A DNA stretch of 64,000 nt, from assembly GCA_000004695.1 (NCBI GenBank), contig CM000151.3, positions 5,984,001-6,048,000 on the forward strand, written 5' to 3'. A model generated the notes under the pieces. The model saw only the letters and a program-made list of their open reading frames with translations. It ran no database searches and was not told the DNA's origin. The stretch is from Dictyostelium discoideum. Its lineage: Eukaryota. Positions 33,175-48,185 of this stretch are shown piece after piece; the stretch's first letter is position 1, and every line of letters starts with the position of its first letter. The translations under genes were made by a program, and so were the position numbers.

Positions 33175-34008
33175 ATGGATGTATTAATTAGATTACCAAA
33201 TATAAATTCAAAAAATCAAGATATTAGCGAAAATGAAAGAATTATAAATTTTAAAATAAAGGATAAAGAATCCTTTTGTGAAGAATATTTAAAATATAAG
33301 ATTTTTGAAAAGACATTTATTCCAATAGCATTTCAATATTTAAAATTAGTGTCATCAAATTTAGATAGTATAGAACAACAACAGCAACAACAACAGCAAC
33401 AACAACAACAACAACAACAACATTTAAAAGTTTATGATTTATTATTACGTGTAAATGGTGGTAAAGGTGGTTTTGGTTCATTATTGAAATCTTCAGGTAC
33501 AAAAGTTGGTCAAAAGAAAACAACCAATTTCGATGCATGTAGAGATTTAAGTGGTAGAAGATTAAGACATGTAAATAATGAAGCTAGAATTAAACAATGG
33601 TTAGAAGATGAAGAAGCTAGAAAGATTGCAATGCAAGAATTAAAAAAGAAATTTAATGATTCAAATGATAAACATGTTGAAGAATTTAATGATACACAAT
33701 TTCAAAAAGAAACTGAAGATATACATAAAAAAGTTTCAAATTCTGTTGAACAAGGTTTAAAATTACAAAAAGAAAATAAAAATTTAGAAAACAATAAAAC
33801 TACTACCACCACCACAACTACCACTACTACTACAACTGCCACTACACCAAAAACAGTTGATAGATTTAAAAAACCATCAAATAATAATACGAAACCAATT
33901 TCAATGTTTGTTCCAGATTTCGATGATGATGATGAAGAAGAAGAAGAAGAGGAAAGTGAGGAAGAGAAAAAAGATTCAATTAAAACAAAAGTTTCAAAGA
34001 CTAAATAA
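33175..34008 (+). CDS. SDE2 homolog (N-terminal ubiquitin-like domain ending in a GG|KGG cleavage motif, then the SDE2 helical domain)
   Basis: ...[61 protein letters not shown]... matches human SDE2 ...[41 protein letters not shown].... It carries a poly-Q and poly-T tract and an acidic tail. Confidence 0.75.
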   Translation: [277 protein letters not shown]

Positions 34009-34019
34009 TCATTTAAGGA

Positions 34020-34054
<35 letters not shown>

Positions 34055-34396
34055 ATAATAAAATAAAATCTAATGTGTATATTTGTCAATTTTTTTTAAT
34101 ATAAAAAAAAAAATTAGGTCTTATTTTTCTTTTTCTTTTCTTTTTTTTTTTTTTTCTTTTTTGTCTTTTCTAATTTTATTTTACCCCTTCTAATTATAAT
34201 CACGATTAAAATTATTTGAAAAAAAAAAAAAAAAAAAAAAAAATTTAATATTAAATACTTTCACAAACCAGTGAAAAAAACAAAAAATAATTTTTTTAAT
34301 TTTTTTTTTTTTTTTTTTTTTATTTTTTTTTTTTTAATTTTGTTTTTTTTTTTTTAAAAAACTAATCAGCTGGTATATAAAATCACCCAGATTATA

Positions 34397-34432
<36 letters not shown>

Positions 34433-34481
34433 TTTATATATATATACAAATATAGTTTTTATTTGTATTTATTTATAAATC

Positions 34482-37400
34482 ATGGATAAATTTAAAGGTA
34501 AAATAAAAGGGATATCCCAACAAAGAGGGGAGCAAGGAAAATTTCAATTTGATTTTAAACTTATAAGTGTTGAAAATTTACCAGTTACTGGTAATTGTTT
34601 TGTATCATGGAAAAGAGGTACAAAATCAGCAAGTAACGGGAAAACAAAAGCTGTTACAATCAATTCAAATAAATCAGCATCATTTAATCATTCTTTTTCA
34701 ATGGTTACAACATTATATAAAGAAAAACCACCAAAGAAAACTTATGAATCAAAAACTATTGCAATTTCAATTAAAGATGTAATTATTATTTTATTATTAT
34801 TATTAGTTATTATTAATTATTATTACTATTATTATTATTATTTTTTATTCTTTTTTTATTTTTTTTTTTTTATTTTTTTTTATTTTAAACCATGTAAAAA
34901 TTAAAGATAAAAATAAAAAATTTACAACAGGATTATTTTTTTTTATATTTATTTTTATCTTTAATTTATTTTTATCTTTTTTTATTTATTTATTAATTTA
35001 TTAATTAATTTATTTATTTATTTATTAATTTTATAATAATAAAAAAATGATATATATATATTTATTTATTTATATAATTATTTTAGGAAAAAAATAAAAA
35101 ATCAATTGCAAAAACAATGATAGATTTAGCAGATTTTACAAATTTTAAAGATGAACAATTTAAATCAATTCAAATTAAACAAAAAAAGGGTGGACCAATT
35201 GTAATTGCAATGAATATAAAGAGTAAAGAGATGGAAATTAATCCAGATGATGAACCAGCAACAGAGACCGATTTAAATTCAAATGATGGTTCCGATGATG
35301 AAGATGGTGAAGATTTTGAACAAGATGAGGATAACTCATCATCGTCATTAAATACCAATAGTAAATATAGTAATACCAATAATATCACTGGTAGACTAAA
35401 TGATGATGATATTTTAGCACCAACAAATGGAGGTGGTGGTGCTTTTAAAAAGATGTCTGCACCAATTTCATCAACTAAATCTGAATCAATTTCATCCAAT
35501 TCATCCACACCAACTAAAACATCAACACCATCAACACCACCATCACATTCAGTTGAACCAACAACCACAGTGAAACCATTTAGTAATGATACAGAGGCAG
35601 AATTGAATGCATTACTCTCAAAACCATCATCTAAACCAAAAACTATAGCAGAACCTGTAAAATCAACACCAGTAGTATCATTATCATCTGCTTCCAACTA
35701 TAATCCAGGTAAAGATAAAGATTGGAAGAGAGAAGCTGATGATGCAAATCATAGAGTTCAACAATTGGAGAGACAAGTGGAAGTATTACAAAGAGATTTA
35801 AAAATGAATCAAAACATTGCAGCCAATGGTGGCGGTGGTGGTGTATCACAACAAGAGTTTGCGGATTTAAAGAAAAGATTTAGAGAGATTTCAGGTGATA
35901 ACATTGATTTAGAGGATAAAGTTAAGGAATTGGAAGAGAAATTAGCAAATGCATACAGACAACAACCAATCTCACAAGCGGCAGGCGGTGCAAGTAGACA
36001 ATTAACCGACCTCCAAGAACAAGTACGTCAAAAGGATGCATCTATTCAAGAGTTAAATATAAAGAATAGACGTTTGGAAAGAGATCTTCAAGATAAGGAT
36101 CAAGAGATTGCAGATCAAACTGAACAAGTTAAATACTATCAAGAACAAGTTAAATCTGCTCAATCCGCTGCACAAAAAGCTATTGCTGCCGCAGCTGCAG
36201 CATCCTCCTCATCAAGTGGACCATCAAATGAAGAGGCACAAGAGGAGATCGCATACTTAAAGAGAGAAATACAATTATTGAAGGATCAACAACAATCATC
36301 ATCGGTTGCAGTTGGTGGTGGTACATTAGAGTTAAAGAGAAGAATTCAAGATCTTACCAGAGAGGTTAAAGAGAAAGACGATGCATTGGCTAAATTGAAA
36401 TTGGGTGGATCACCAACATCAGCAGGTGGTTCATTATCATCAATTGCCGCACAAACCTCTAGTAATTTAACCATTACAAACCTTGAGAAACAAAACACAG
36501 AATTGAATAAAACATTATTAACACAACAACAAGAGATCGATAGATCAAAACAAGAGATTCAACAATTACAACAACAACTTTCACAAGCACAAAAGAAGAT
36601 CAATAGTGTTACCAATTCACCACCACCATCAGTCATTACCACAGAGGAACTATTGAAACGTGAAAATGGTGACCTCAAAGATAAAGTTGCCGCTCAACAT
36701 CACGAAATTAAACGTATTCAAGAGAAATATGATCAATTGAATTCAAGATTCAATGATGAAATCGAAGAGACCAACAATGTAGTCAATGAATTAAGACAAC
36801 GTGAAGAGGGCCTTGCTAGAAAGGTCGAAGAGTTAACTCAAGAGAATCAACAAATGGAACATAGATTGGCCAATGAAATGACATCCGCTTCAGCATTGAG
36901 TATGTCTGCAATGTCTGCACCAAGTAAATTTAGTTCACAAAATAGAGATAAAGATAGACAAGAAAGAGAAAATGCAGAGAGACAACTTGAACTCGCAAAA
37001 ACTGAATTATCACGTGAAAGAGAGAAAACCAAGAGATTCGATAGAGAACTTAAAGACTGCAGAGAACGTATTCGTCTCTTGGAACTTCAAGTTGAAGAAG
37101 GTGGTGGTTCAGTTATCAAACAAGAGAATCAAGATAAGGTTGAAAGTAGACTCATCGAACAATGTATTTACACTCAACCATTGACTTTTGTCGATGGTAC
37201 TGGTTCAGTTGCTTCATCATTATACGAACAACTCACTGATATTTGTGCATTCAGTCAAGAGAATGGTAAACTCTTTACCAAAGTTTATACAGCCCTTCAA
37301 CAAGCACTCGAAAGATCAATGTACAATTCAACAGATTTAGCCTATTGGTTATCAAATATTGCTGGTCTAATCCATTTAATTAAAGATGGTCCAAACAATA

Positions 37401-38287
37401 TAGACGATGATCGTGATCCAATTATCGATGGTATCCTCATCATGCAAAATAATAGTTTCTCTTCAACATCTCAAAGAAAAACTCCATCTCAAACTTTTTA
37501 TTATCAACTCGAAAACCTTTTAAGAGAATCCTACTCATTACTTTTACATAGTATTTATAACAAGTTAAGACCAAAATTAACAAAAATAATTAGTTTTGGT
37601 ACATGTATTTTAGATAAAAAAACGTAAGATTTTTTTTTAAAAAAAAAAAAAAAAAAAAACTTTATATTTATTTTAATATTTGAATTTATACTAATTTTTA
37701 TTTTATTTTATTTTTATTTTTTTGAAAGTAATAGATTTTCAGCAGCAGAAAATGATGCAGATATTAATAAGATTTGTAATATTTTACAAAAGTATATAAA
37801 TTTATTAAAGGATAAATTTATTTTTGATTCAATTATTCAACAATTCTTTTCACAAACTTTCCATTTCATTAGTTACACATTATTAAATGAAGTTTTAAAT
37901 GGTGAGAATTATTGTACACCAAGTTCAGGTTTCAAAATTAAATTAAGTTTATCTAAAATGGATGATTGGTTATCTTCATCAGAAGAAAGAGAATTACTTT
38001 TACCAGCAAGAGATCATTTTATGTCAATCATTGAAACTGCTAATCTTATGGTAATCGATAAATCAATTTTCACAGATTCTGATAGTGTTATCTCTGCTTT
38101 TGAAACTTTGAATATCCTCCAAATTAAAAAACTTTTAGAAATCTGGAAACCTGATAATCTCTCACCTGATCCAATTCCAAAGAAAATCATTGCAAGTTTA
38201 AATCAACAATTGGACTTAAATACTCATCAAAGAAATCTTGTAGTTGATCCAACAATTTTAATTGATGTTCAACCAAAACTCTCTTAA
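34482..38287 (+). CDS. NT-C2 (EEIG1/EHBP1 N-terminal C2) domain, long coiled coil, and C-terminal DIL (dilute/myosin-V cargo-binding-like) domain protein. Exons: 34482..34778, 35087..37623, 37729..38287 (about 1130 aa)
   Basis: The NT-C2 is KFQFDFKLISVENLPVTGNCFVSWKRGTKSASNGKTKAV...TIAISIKD|EKNKKSIAKTMIDLADFT. The DIL is ...IIQQFFSQTFHFISYTLLNEVLNGENYCTPSSGFKIKLSLSKMDDWL.... Introns are GTAATT...TTTTAG and GTAAGA...GAAAG. Junction frames are consistent with ORF-track ORFs 35117..37627 and 37958..38287. Confidence 0.7.
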
Positions 38288-38498
38288 AATTTAAAAAAAT
38301 AAAAATTAAAAATAAAAATAAATATAGTAATAATAATAATAATAATAATGATAGAAAACAAATAAAATAAAATAAAATTTAAAAAAAAAAAAAATTTATA
38401 GTCCAAAAAAAAAAAAAAAAAAAAAAAGATCCAAGAATAAATTTTTTTTTTTGTTTTTTTTTTTTTAAAAAAAGTATAATAATAAATAATATTTTTTT

Positions 38499-39089
38499 TT
38501 ATTTTGTTGGAATATTCATACGAATTAATTTTGCAGGATTACCAGCAATAATAGAATTATCAGGGAATGATTTGGTGACAACAGAACCAGCACCAACAAT
38601 AACGTTATTTCCTAAAGTGACACCAGGTAAAATTATAACATTACCACCACCCCAAAAATTATCACCAATTGTAATTCCTTTTGTAAAATTTTCATCTGAT
38701 CCGCCAATTCTTTCAGATGGTTCGAATGGGTGTGTAGCTGTATATAATTGAGAGTTTGGACCAATCATTGCGCCATATCCAATTCTAATTGGACCATCAT
38801 CATTTAATATGCAATTATGATTAATAAAGAACTTATCTCCAACATGAATATTAACTCCATAACTAACTTTAATACCTTCACGAACAATCACAATTTCACC
38901 TGTTGAACCAAATAACTGTTTAATAATTTCTGGTCCTTTTTTACCATCATCTTCATCACTACCAATTAAATTATTAAATTGTTTATTTAATCTTCTTGCA
39001 CGTAGTCTTAATTGATCTAATTCTGGATCTTCAAATCTATATCTTAATCCTGTCACCATTTTCTCTCTTTCTGTTAATACCGGTTCCAT
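38499..39089 (-). CDS. Maltose/galactoside O-acetyltransferase-like hexapeptide-repeat (LbH) acetyltransferase, paralog A
   Basis: Single 196-aa ORF. The N-terminal Mac domain is [16 protein letters not shown]. The hexapeptide repeats are [49 protein letters not shown]. It closely matches bacterial Maa/LacA-type enzymes. Confidence 0.85.
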   Translation of the reverse strand: MEPVLTEREKMVTGLRYRFEDPELDQLRLRARRLNKQFNNLIGSDEDDGKKGPEIIKQLFGSTGEIVIVREGIKVSYGVNIHVGDKFFINHNCILNDDGPIRIGYGAMIGPNSQLYTATHPFEPSERIGGSDENFTKGITIGDNFWGGGNVIILPGVTLGNNVIVGAGSVVTKSFPDNSIIAGNPAKLIRMNIPTK

Positions 39090-39574
39090 TTTATATTTAT
39101 TATTATTATTATTAAATTATTATTATTTTTTTTTTTTTTAACCAGTTTGCACTAAAAAAATTTTTTTTTTTTTTTTAAAAAAATAAAAATAAAAATAAAA
39201 ACAAAACGAAAATTTGTAAATATCTGAAAAACAAAAAAAAAAAAAACAATAAAATTTCAAAAATATCGTTACCACGCATAAATTAATTTCAGTAAAAGGC
39301 ATTATAATTTATTGTAACTGTTTATGTAATTATTTTATTATTAAACTTTTTTATTATTATTTTAATTTTGATTTTTTTTTTTTATAGTTTTTTTTTTTGT
39401 TTTTCAGATATTTCTTTTTTTATTTTTATTTTTATTTTTATTGTTATTTTTTAAAAAAAAAAAAAAAAATTTATTTTAAAAGTTGAAATTTCGTTATTTT
39501 TTTAAAAAAAAAAACTGTAAATTGTAAGCTTAAACTAAACATTTTTGGTAATATTATTTTAATAATTAATTTGA

Positions 39575-39630
<56 letters not shown>

Positions 39631-39715
39631 AATTTTTATTGATAAAAAACAAAAACGAAAAAGTTAAAACGAAAAAAAAAAAAAACAATTTCGTTTTTAA
39701 TTCATTATTTTCAAA

Positions 39716-42322
<2,607 letters not shown>

Positions 42323-42329
42323 ATATTAA

Positions 42330-42374
<45 letters not shown>

Positions 42375-42462
42375 ATAATAATAATAAATAAATTAATAAA
42401 TAAATAAATAAATGAATAATAAAAAGAAGTAATAATTAATTATTTTTTAAATTTTATTTTTT

Positions 42463-42864
42463 TTATTTTTGGAAATTTTCTGTTGTTAAATTTTTAAATG
42501 AAATTGGAGTAAATGGTTTTTCACAAAATTTACAATACCATCTTTTATTATCATGTTTAAACGATGGTAATTCATTACATTTCTTACATCTAACATTTGA
42601 TTGTAAATGTTCAATTTGAATTTTATTATTATTATTATTTTTAAGTGGTTCAATTATTTTTTTTTGGTCTTTTGTTTTTTTAATTATAATTGGATTTGAA
42701 TTTGTTAATTTATTTTTTTTTTCTTTTACATTTGATATTTTTTCTTGAGAATTTGAATTAATATTTAATGGTTTTTGGTTTAATAAAAATTCAATTTTAA
42801 TTTTATAATTATCATTATTAAAATTATTATTGTTGTTTGAATTATTAAAATTTGGGTTTATCAT
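42463..42864 (-). CDS. small Asn/Lys-rich protein with C-terminal CxxC-x13-CxxC zinc-ribbon, paralog A
   Basis: 133 aa; ...VRCKKCNELPSFKHDNKRWYCKFCEKPFTPISFKNLTTENFQK. It is a paralog of 47763..48185 and has the same position downstream of an acetyltransferase paralog. Confidence 0.45.
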   Translation of the reverse strand: MINPNFNNSNNNNNFNNDNYKIKIEFLLNQKPLNINSNSQEKISNVKEKKNKLTNSNPIIIKKTKDQKKIIEPLKNNNNNKIQIEHLQSNVRCKKCNELPSFKHDNKRWYCKFCEKPFTPISFKNLTTENFQK

Positions 42865-42951
42865 TTTAAATTTTTAACGATGTTAAGAAATAATAACAAG
42901 GATTATTTTTTTTTGATTATTAAAGGAAATTATTTAAATTAATTGTAAAAG

Positions 42952-42994
<43 letters not shown>

Positions 42995-43640
42995 ATTGCA
43001 CACTTTAGTTTTAAATTTAAAAAAAAAAACTAAAAAAAAAGAAAATAAAATAACAAAATTGGAAAAAAAAAAAACAGGATTCAAATTTGATCGATAAAAA
43101 TGGAAATCTATTGGTAGTTTTTAATCATTAACATTGTTATTAGAATTAAAAACAAAACATCACACCAATTTTTTAATTTTTTTTTTTTTTTTAATTACCT
43201 TAAAGGTTTTATTTATTTTTTTTTTAAAAAAAAAAATAAAAAAAAAAGTGGTGATTTTAATATATAATTTTTTAATTACCCAAATATAAAAAAACCTTTT
43301 ATTATTGGTTGTTTTTATTATACCTCACTACAATGAGTTAATTTGATTTTGGCTAGTCAGTTTTTCTTTGTGTGAAAAAAAAAAATAAAAAAATAAAAAA
43401 AAAATAAATATTAATATTTACTAACTGATTTAACAAAAATGAATATAGTAAAAAAAAAAAAAAAAAAAAAAATTATTTAGTATATACCCCACATTTAAAA
43501 CTATTTTTTTTTTTTTACAAAATAAAACTTGACCAACACAAATTTTATAAAAGTTAGCATAATAAAAAAAATAATAATTCCAATGATTAAATTTTTAATT
43601 TAAATAAAAATAAAAAAAATTATAGTAATATTAAAAATTA

Positions 43641-43671
<31 letters not shown>

Positions 43672-43806
43672 CTGTTTAATGTTCTTATTACTTTAATTTT
43701 TTTTTAAAATAATAAAGATAATTTTATTTAATATATAAATAGTAATATAATAAATATAAATAATAATATATTATATGTTTTTTTTTTTTTTTTTTTTTTT
43801 TTGAAT

Positions 43807-44964
43807 TTAAATTGGGATTGTTAATTTATACATGTCATTAACTAATGGACTTCCTGAAATTTCACTGAGTGAACCTCTGCTAAAGTAAAATTCTACACTA
43901 CATTTTCTGATATGTTTGAAATAGAAGCTACCGATTGTACTTGGAATTGGAGTTTGAATATAAGTTTCTGGATCAACTAATGGTAAAATGGTTAATTGAG
44001 TCCATTCATTTGTAATTAAATCAAAACGCCATACATCCATAAAGTTGGTGTATTGATAATTACTTCCACCAATTAAGAAAAGTTGATTTTGATCGGAATA
44101 AATGAATTTGGCATTATCTCTATTTCCTGGTCCTTTGGTTACATCAAAGAGATGTTGCTTCCAAACTTTTGTTGATAAATCAAGACTCCATAAATCGCCA
44201 AGATAATTACATTCATTGGTGGTGTAGGTACTACAATTGGTATAGCCGCCATAGGTGAAAATTGAATCTAATTCTTCATTATAGTGTAAATGATGATGAG
44301 CTCTTGGGGTTGGTGATGCACCTACTACATCGACTTGTTGCCATCCATTGACAGAATCAAAAACAATGGTATCAGTTTTAAGGGCACCTGGAACACGAAT
44401 GAAGGCTGGTAAGGTTGAAGTTGAACCACTGAAAGCATAAGATTTACCTGTTTTGGAGACGGTTTCGGCTTCAACTGAACGATTGGCAAGGTTTTGTTGG
44501 AATGAAGTTTGATTGAGTTCTGTCCAAACGTTTTTTCTAACATCATAACGTTGGGTTGAGTTATAAACTATATTGATACCTCTTCTGAATGGACCACGAC
44601 CACCGGATAAATAAACATAATTTCCTCTTTTATCATGGAACATCATTGTTTCTGCTCTTGGTGTAATTGAACTTGGTGCCATAAGGTTGGTCCAACTTGA
44701 TGTTTTAACATTAAAAACATAAAATGAATTAATTGCTTCATCATTTGGATATGAACCGTTAAGACCTCCAAATACATAGAATAATTCATTTCTTTCATCA
44801 TATGCACTTGAACCATCCCATGCAAGTGGTGGCAAACTTCCTTTTTGTTTTACTTTTTCCCATGAATATTTATTACAATTATCACATTTCTTATGACAAT
44901 CAATTAAACATACCAAAGAAAATAAACAAACCACTATTAATAAAAATTGAGATTTTAAATTCAT
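43807..44964 (-). CDS. secreted Kelch-repeat (galactose-oxidase-like beta-propeller) protein
   Basis: The signal peptide is MNLKSQFLLIVVCLFSLVCLIDC. Kelch-like blades carry GG/W/Y signatures (…YVFGGLNGSY…SWTNL…YLSGGRG…VWTEL…FTYGGYT…LWSLDLSTKVW…LIGGSN…VWRFDLITNEW). Confidence 0.65.
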   Translation of the reverse strand: MNLKSQFLLIVVCLFSLVCLIDCHKKCDNCNKYSWEKVKQKGSLPPLAWDGSSAYDERNELFYVFGGLNGSYPNDEAINSFYVFNVKTSSWTNLMAPSSITPRAETMMFHDKRGNYVYLSGGRGPFRRGINIVYNSTQRYDVRKNVWTELNQTSFQQNLANRSVEAETVSKTGKSYAFSGSTSTLPAFIRVPGALKTDTIVFDSVNGWQQVDVVGASPTPRAHHHLHYNEELDSIFTYGGYTNCSTYTTNECNYLGDLWSLDLSTKVWKQHLFDVTKGPGNRDNAKFIYSDQNQLFLIGGSNYQYTNFMDVWRFDLITNEWTQLTILPLVDPETYIQTPIPSTIGSFYFKHIRKCSVEFYFSRGSLSEISGSPLVNDMYKLTIPI

Positions 44965-45487
44965 TTTTTTTTTTTTTGTGTGGAATTTTTTAAAAAAAAA
45001 TTATTAACACAACAAAAAAAAAAAAAACACGAGTGTTGATTTTGTTTTTTAAAAATTTTGGCCAGATATTGTTTAAAAAAAAAATAAAAATAAAAAAAAA
45101 ATAAAAATAAAAAAACACAACAAGTGGCTTCCAAAATTATTTTTTTTACGGTCATTATTTTGAAAATTTTTTTTGTTTGTTCGAAACTATTTTTAGCATT
45201 TTTTTTTTAGTTTTTTACATTTTATTTAATTTTTTAAATTGTACCATTTTTTATCTCAACATAAGGGGTATATACCATTTACTATATATTTTTTTAATTA
45301 ATTTTTAAAATTATTTCCTTTTAATTATTTAAAAAAATATATTTTTAATATTACAACATTCCCAAAACCCCTTTTTCCCTTCTTCCAACCTATTAAATTT
45401 TAAAATTATTAATAAAACAAATAAAATAAAATAGGATAAAATAAAATAAAATTAAAAAACATATTTTGTTGTAAAATAAATAAAAGT

Positions 45488-45660
45488 TTATTCGGATTTA
45501 ACAGGTATTTCTTTAATAACTTTGGCTGGATTTCCAGCAATAACAACATTACTTCCAAATGATCTAGTTACTACAGCTCCAGAACCAACAACAACATTAT
45601 CACCTAATGTGACACCAGGTAAAATTATTGCTCCACCACTTTTATATATATTTATTTATT

Positions 45661-45720
<60 letters not shown>

Positions 45721-46238
45721 ATAAAATAATTAATAATTAATAAATAAAAATTAACAAATATTAAAGAAGGAGAAAAAAAAAAAAAAAAAAAATGAAGAAA
45801 AAAAAGGAGAACCTACCCAATCCAAGCATTATCTCCAATTGTAATAGGCTTACCAAATTCTAAACCAGAGTTACGTTCAGTTGGATCAATTGGGTGAGTT
45901 GCAGAATATAATTGAACATTTGGAGCTAACATTGCATTCTTTCCAATTGTAATTGGGCAAATATCTAAAAATATGGCACCAAAATTTGCATAGAAATTCT
46001 CACCAACGTGAATATTGTAGCCATAATCCACTCTTAATGTTGGTTCAAGATAAATCTTTTCGCCAGTTGATCCAAATAATTGTTTGGTGATATCTTTTCT
46101 TTCCAACTTATCCATGCTATTATTAAATCTATGAATAAGTTGTCTGGCTTCGGTTCTACCTTTACATAATTCTTCATCACCTGGGTCATACATTAATCCT
46201 TTGGTCATTTTTTCTCTTTCTGTCATTTTGGTATCCAT
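45488..46238 (-). CDS. Maltose/galactoside O-acetyltransferase-like hexapeptide acetyltransferase, paralog B. Exons: 46238..45817 and 45638..45488 (intron GTAGGT...AG containing a long poly-T/A tract; about 190 aa)
   Basis: Exon 1 is MDTKMTEREKMTKGLMYDPGDEEL...ITIGDNAWIG. Exon 2 is [49 protein letters not shown]. Together they are collinear with paralog A and with the bacterial Maa/LacA C-terminus. Confidence 0.75.
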
Positions 46239-47032
46239 TTTGTAATTATTAATAAAATTAACTAATACTTTTTATTGGTTGTTGTTGTGTTGTTTTAGTT
46301 TGTCGCTTAAACTAAAAAAAAAAAAAATAAAAGCCCTAAATAAAAAATAAAAAATAAAAAAAACAAAAAATTACAAGATGCGTCACCAAACTTGACAGCG
46401 TTACAATCTTAATTAAATTTATTTTTTATTTTTTTTATTTTTTTTTATTTTTTTTTTTTATTTTTTTTAATTTTTTTTTTTTTATTTTTATTTTTATTTT
46501 TTTTTTTTTTTCTTTTCCCTGTTTTTTTTTATTTTTATTTAATGCATATCTACTGCATACACGAAAAATTTTGCCCAATATATTTTTAAAGCATAGATTA
46601 GATATTTACTTTTTTTTGTCAAAACATACACATTGCTTTTTTCAATATTGAAAAAAAAAAAAAAAAAAAATTAACGGGGCGACAAAAAAAGGTTAAAATT
46701 GTTTGAAATAACAATAAAAAAAAAATTTAATGTGGGAGGATACAACATTTCTTTGGTAATTTTTTATTAATTTTAACTTGATTTTTTATTAAATTTTCTA
46801 ATAATAGTTTAACTTTTAAAAGGTTTCATAACAAAATTTGGGAAAATGTTACCTTTTCCATTGCCTGGGGGAAAGGGATTGTAGGGTGGTGCTTTTCTAT
46901 TTCCCCCTGATTGCTAATTTAAAGTTGATGTTAATAAATAATTTTTTTTTATTTTTATTTTTATTTTTTTTTTAAAAAAAAATTTCTATCATTATTTACC
47001 GTTGGATATCCATTCATTGTTGGTTTTGGTGA

Positions 47033-47067
<35 letters not shown>

Positions 47068-47664
47068 AAAAAATAAGAAGCTTTTGGGAAATTTTAAACA
47101 AAAAAAAAAAAACAAAAAAATAAAAAAATAAAATAAAATTTTAACCTGATATTTTTAAATAAAAAAAAAACAGATATTTTAAATAAAAATAAAAAAAGAT
47201 TTTTTTAAAATAAAAAAAAAACAAATTTTTTAAAATAAAAAAAAAGACCCGAAGTGGCATTTTTATTTTTTTTTATTTTTATTTTTTTTTATTTTAGTAT
47301 CCTCCATCAATTTTATAAATGTTATCATTCTATCCTAAAAATGTTGTATGTGTAATTTTTTTTTTTTTTTTTTTTTTTTTGAAAATAAATTTATTTTAAC
47401 CTTTTGTGTTTAGATTACCGGCTCTTTAATTAGGCCAGGACCTACAATATTTCCAGCAGGTTCGAACTCTGGTGGTAAACCAACTCCAGCAATATCAATT
47501 AAACAAACATTTAAAATCTAAATAAATTAAAAAGAAGAAAATAATTCTTTAATTTCAATTTCAATTTTTTTTTTTTTTTTTTTTTCAATTATGTAATTCT
47601 TTTTTTTAAAACAATTTTTAATAGAGTCATGTAGAATGATAAAGATGAAAAAACTATTTACAAT

Positions 47665-47696
<32 letters not shown>

Positions 47697-47762
47697 TTTA
47701 ATTGAGGCAAGATTTTCAAAATTTAAAATATATAATTTTTTATTTTTTATTTTTTTATTTAT

Positions 47763-48185
47763 TTATTTTTTATTTTTTTCAAAATTATCTCTTGTTAAAA
47801 TATTAAAAGAGATTGGAGTAAAAGGCTTCTCACATTTACCACACCACCATCGTTTTTTGTCATGTCTGAAAGATGGGGGACAATTACATTTTTTACATTT
47901 GATATCAATTTTCAATTGGTCATTTATTATTTTTTTTTGTGATTTTTCTTTTTTTAAACTAATTTTTTTTTGTTTAAATTTTGTAATTTTTGGACTTTTT
48001 GGGATAATTGATTTTATATTTGTATTAATATTATTATTATTATTATTACTATTATTTTTATTATTATTTGGAATAAAATTAGTTATTGTTGAATAATTAT
48101 CATAACTTTCTGGAAAACCCAAAGGATTTAATAAAAAATTAATCTTTAATTTTTCATTTATTTTATTAAATTGGAAGCTATCCAT
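47763..48185 (-). CDS. small Asn/Lys-rich protein with C-terminal CxxC-x13-CxxC zinc-ribbon, paralog B
   Basis: 140 aa; ...IKCKKCNCPPSFRHDKKRWWCGKCEKPFTPISFNILTRDNFEKNKK. Confidence 0.45.
   Translation of the reverse strand: MDSFQFNKINEKLKINFLLNPLGFPESYDNYSTITNFIPNNNKNNSNNNNNNINTNIKSIIPKSPKITKFKQKKISLKKEKSQKKIINDQLKIDIKCKKCNCPPSFRHDKKRWWCGKCEKPFTPISFNILTRDNFEKNKK

Noticed and set aside
46378-46420. Short GC-containing segment gatgcgtcaccaaacttgacagcgttacaatc as a regulatory element or ncRNA
   Set aside because: There is no repeat, no stable structure and no coding potential, so the segment is too little to support a feature.
47440-47480. Possible tRNA gene suggested by GGTTCGAAC (T-loop-like) sequence
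   Set aside because: The match is just the palindrome GTTCGAAC. No acceptor stem, D-arm or anticodon arm can be built on either strand.
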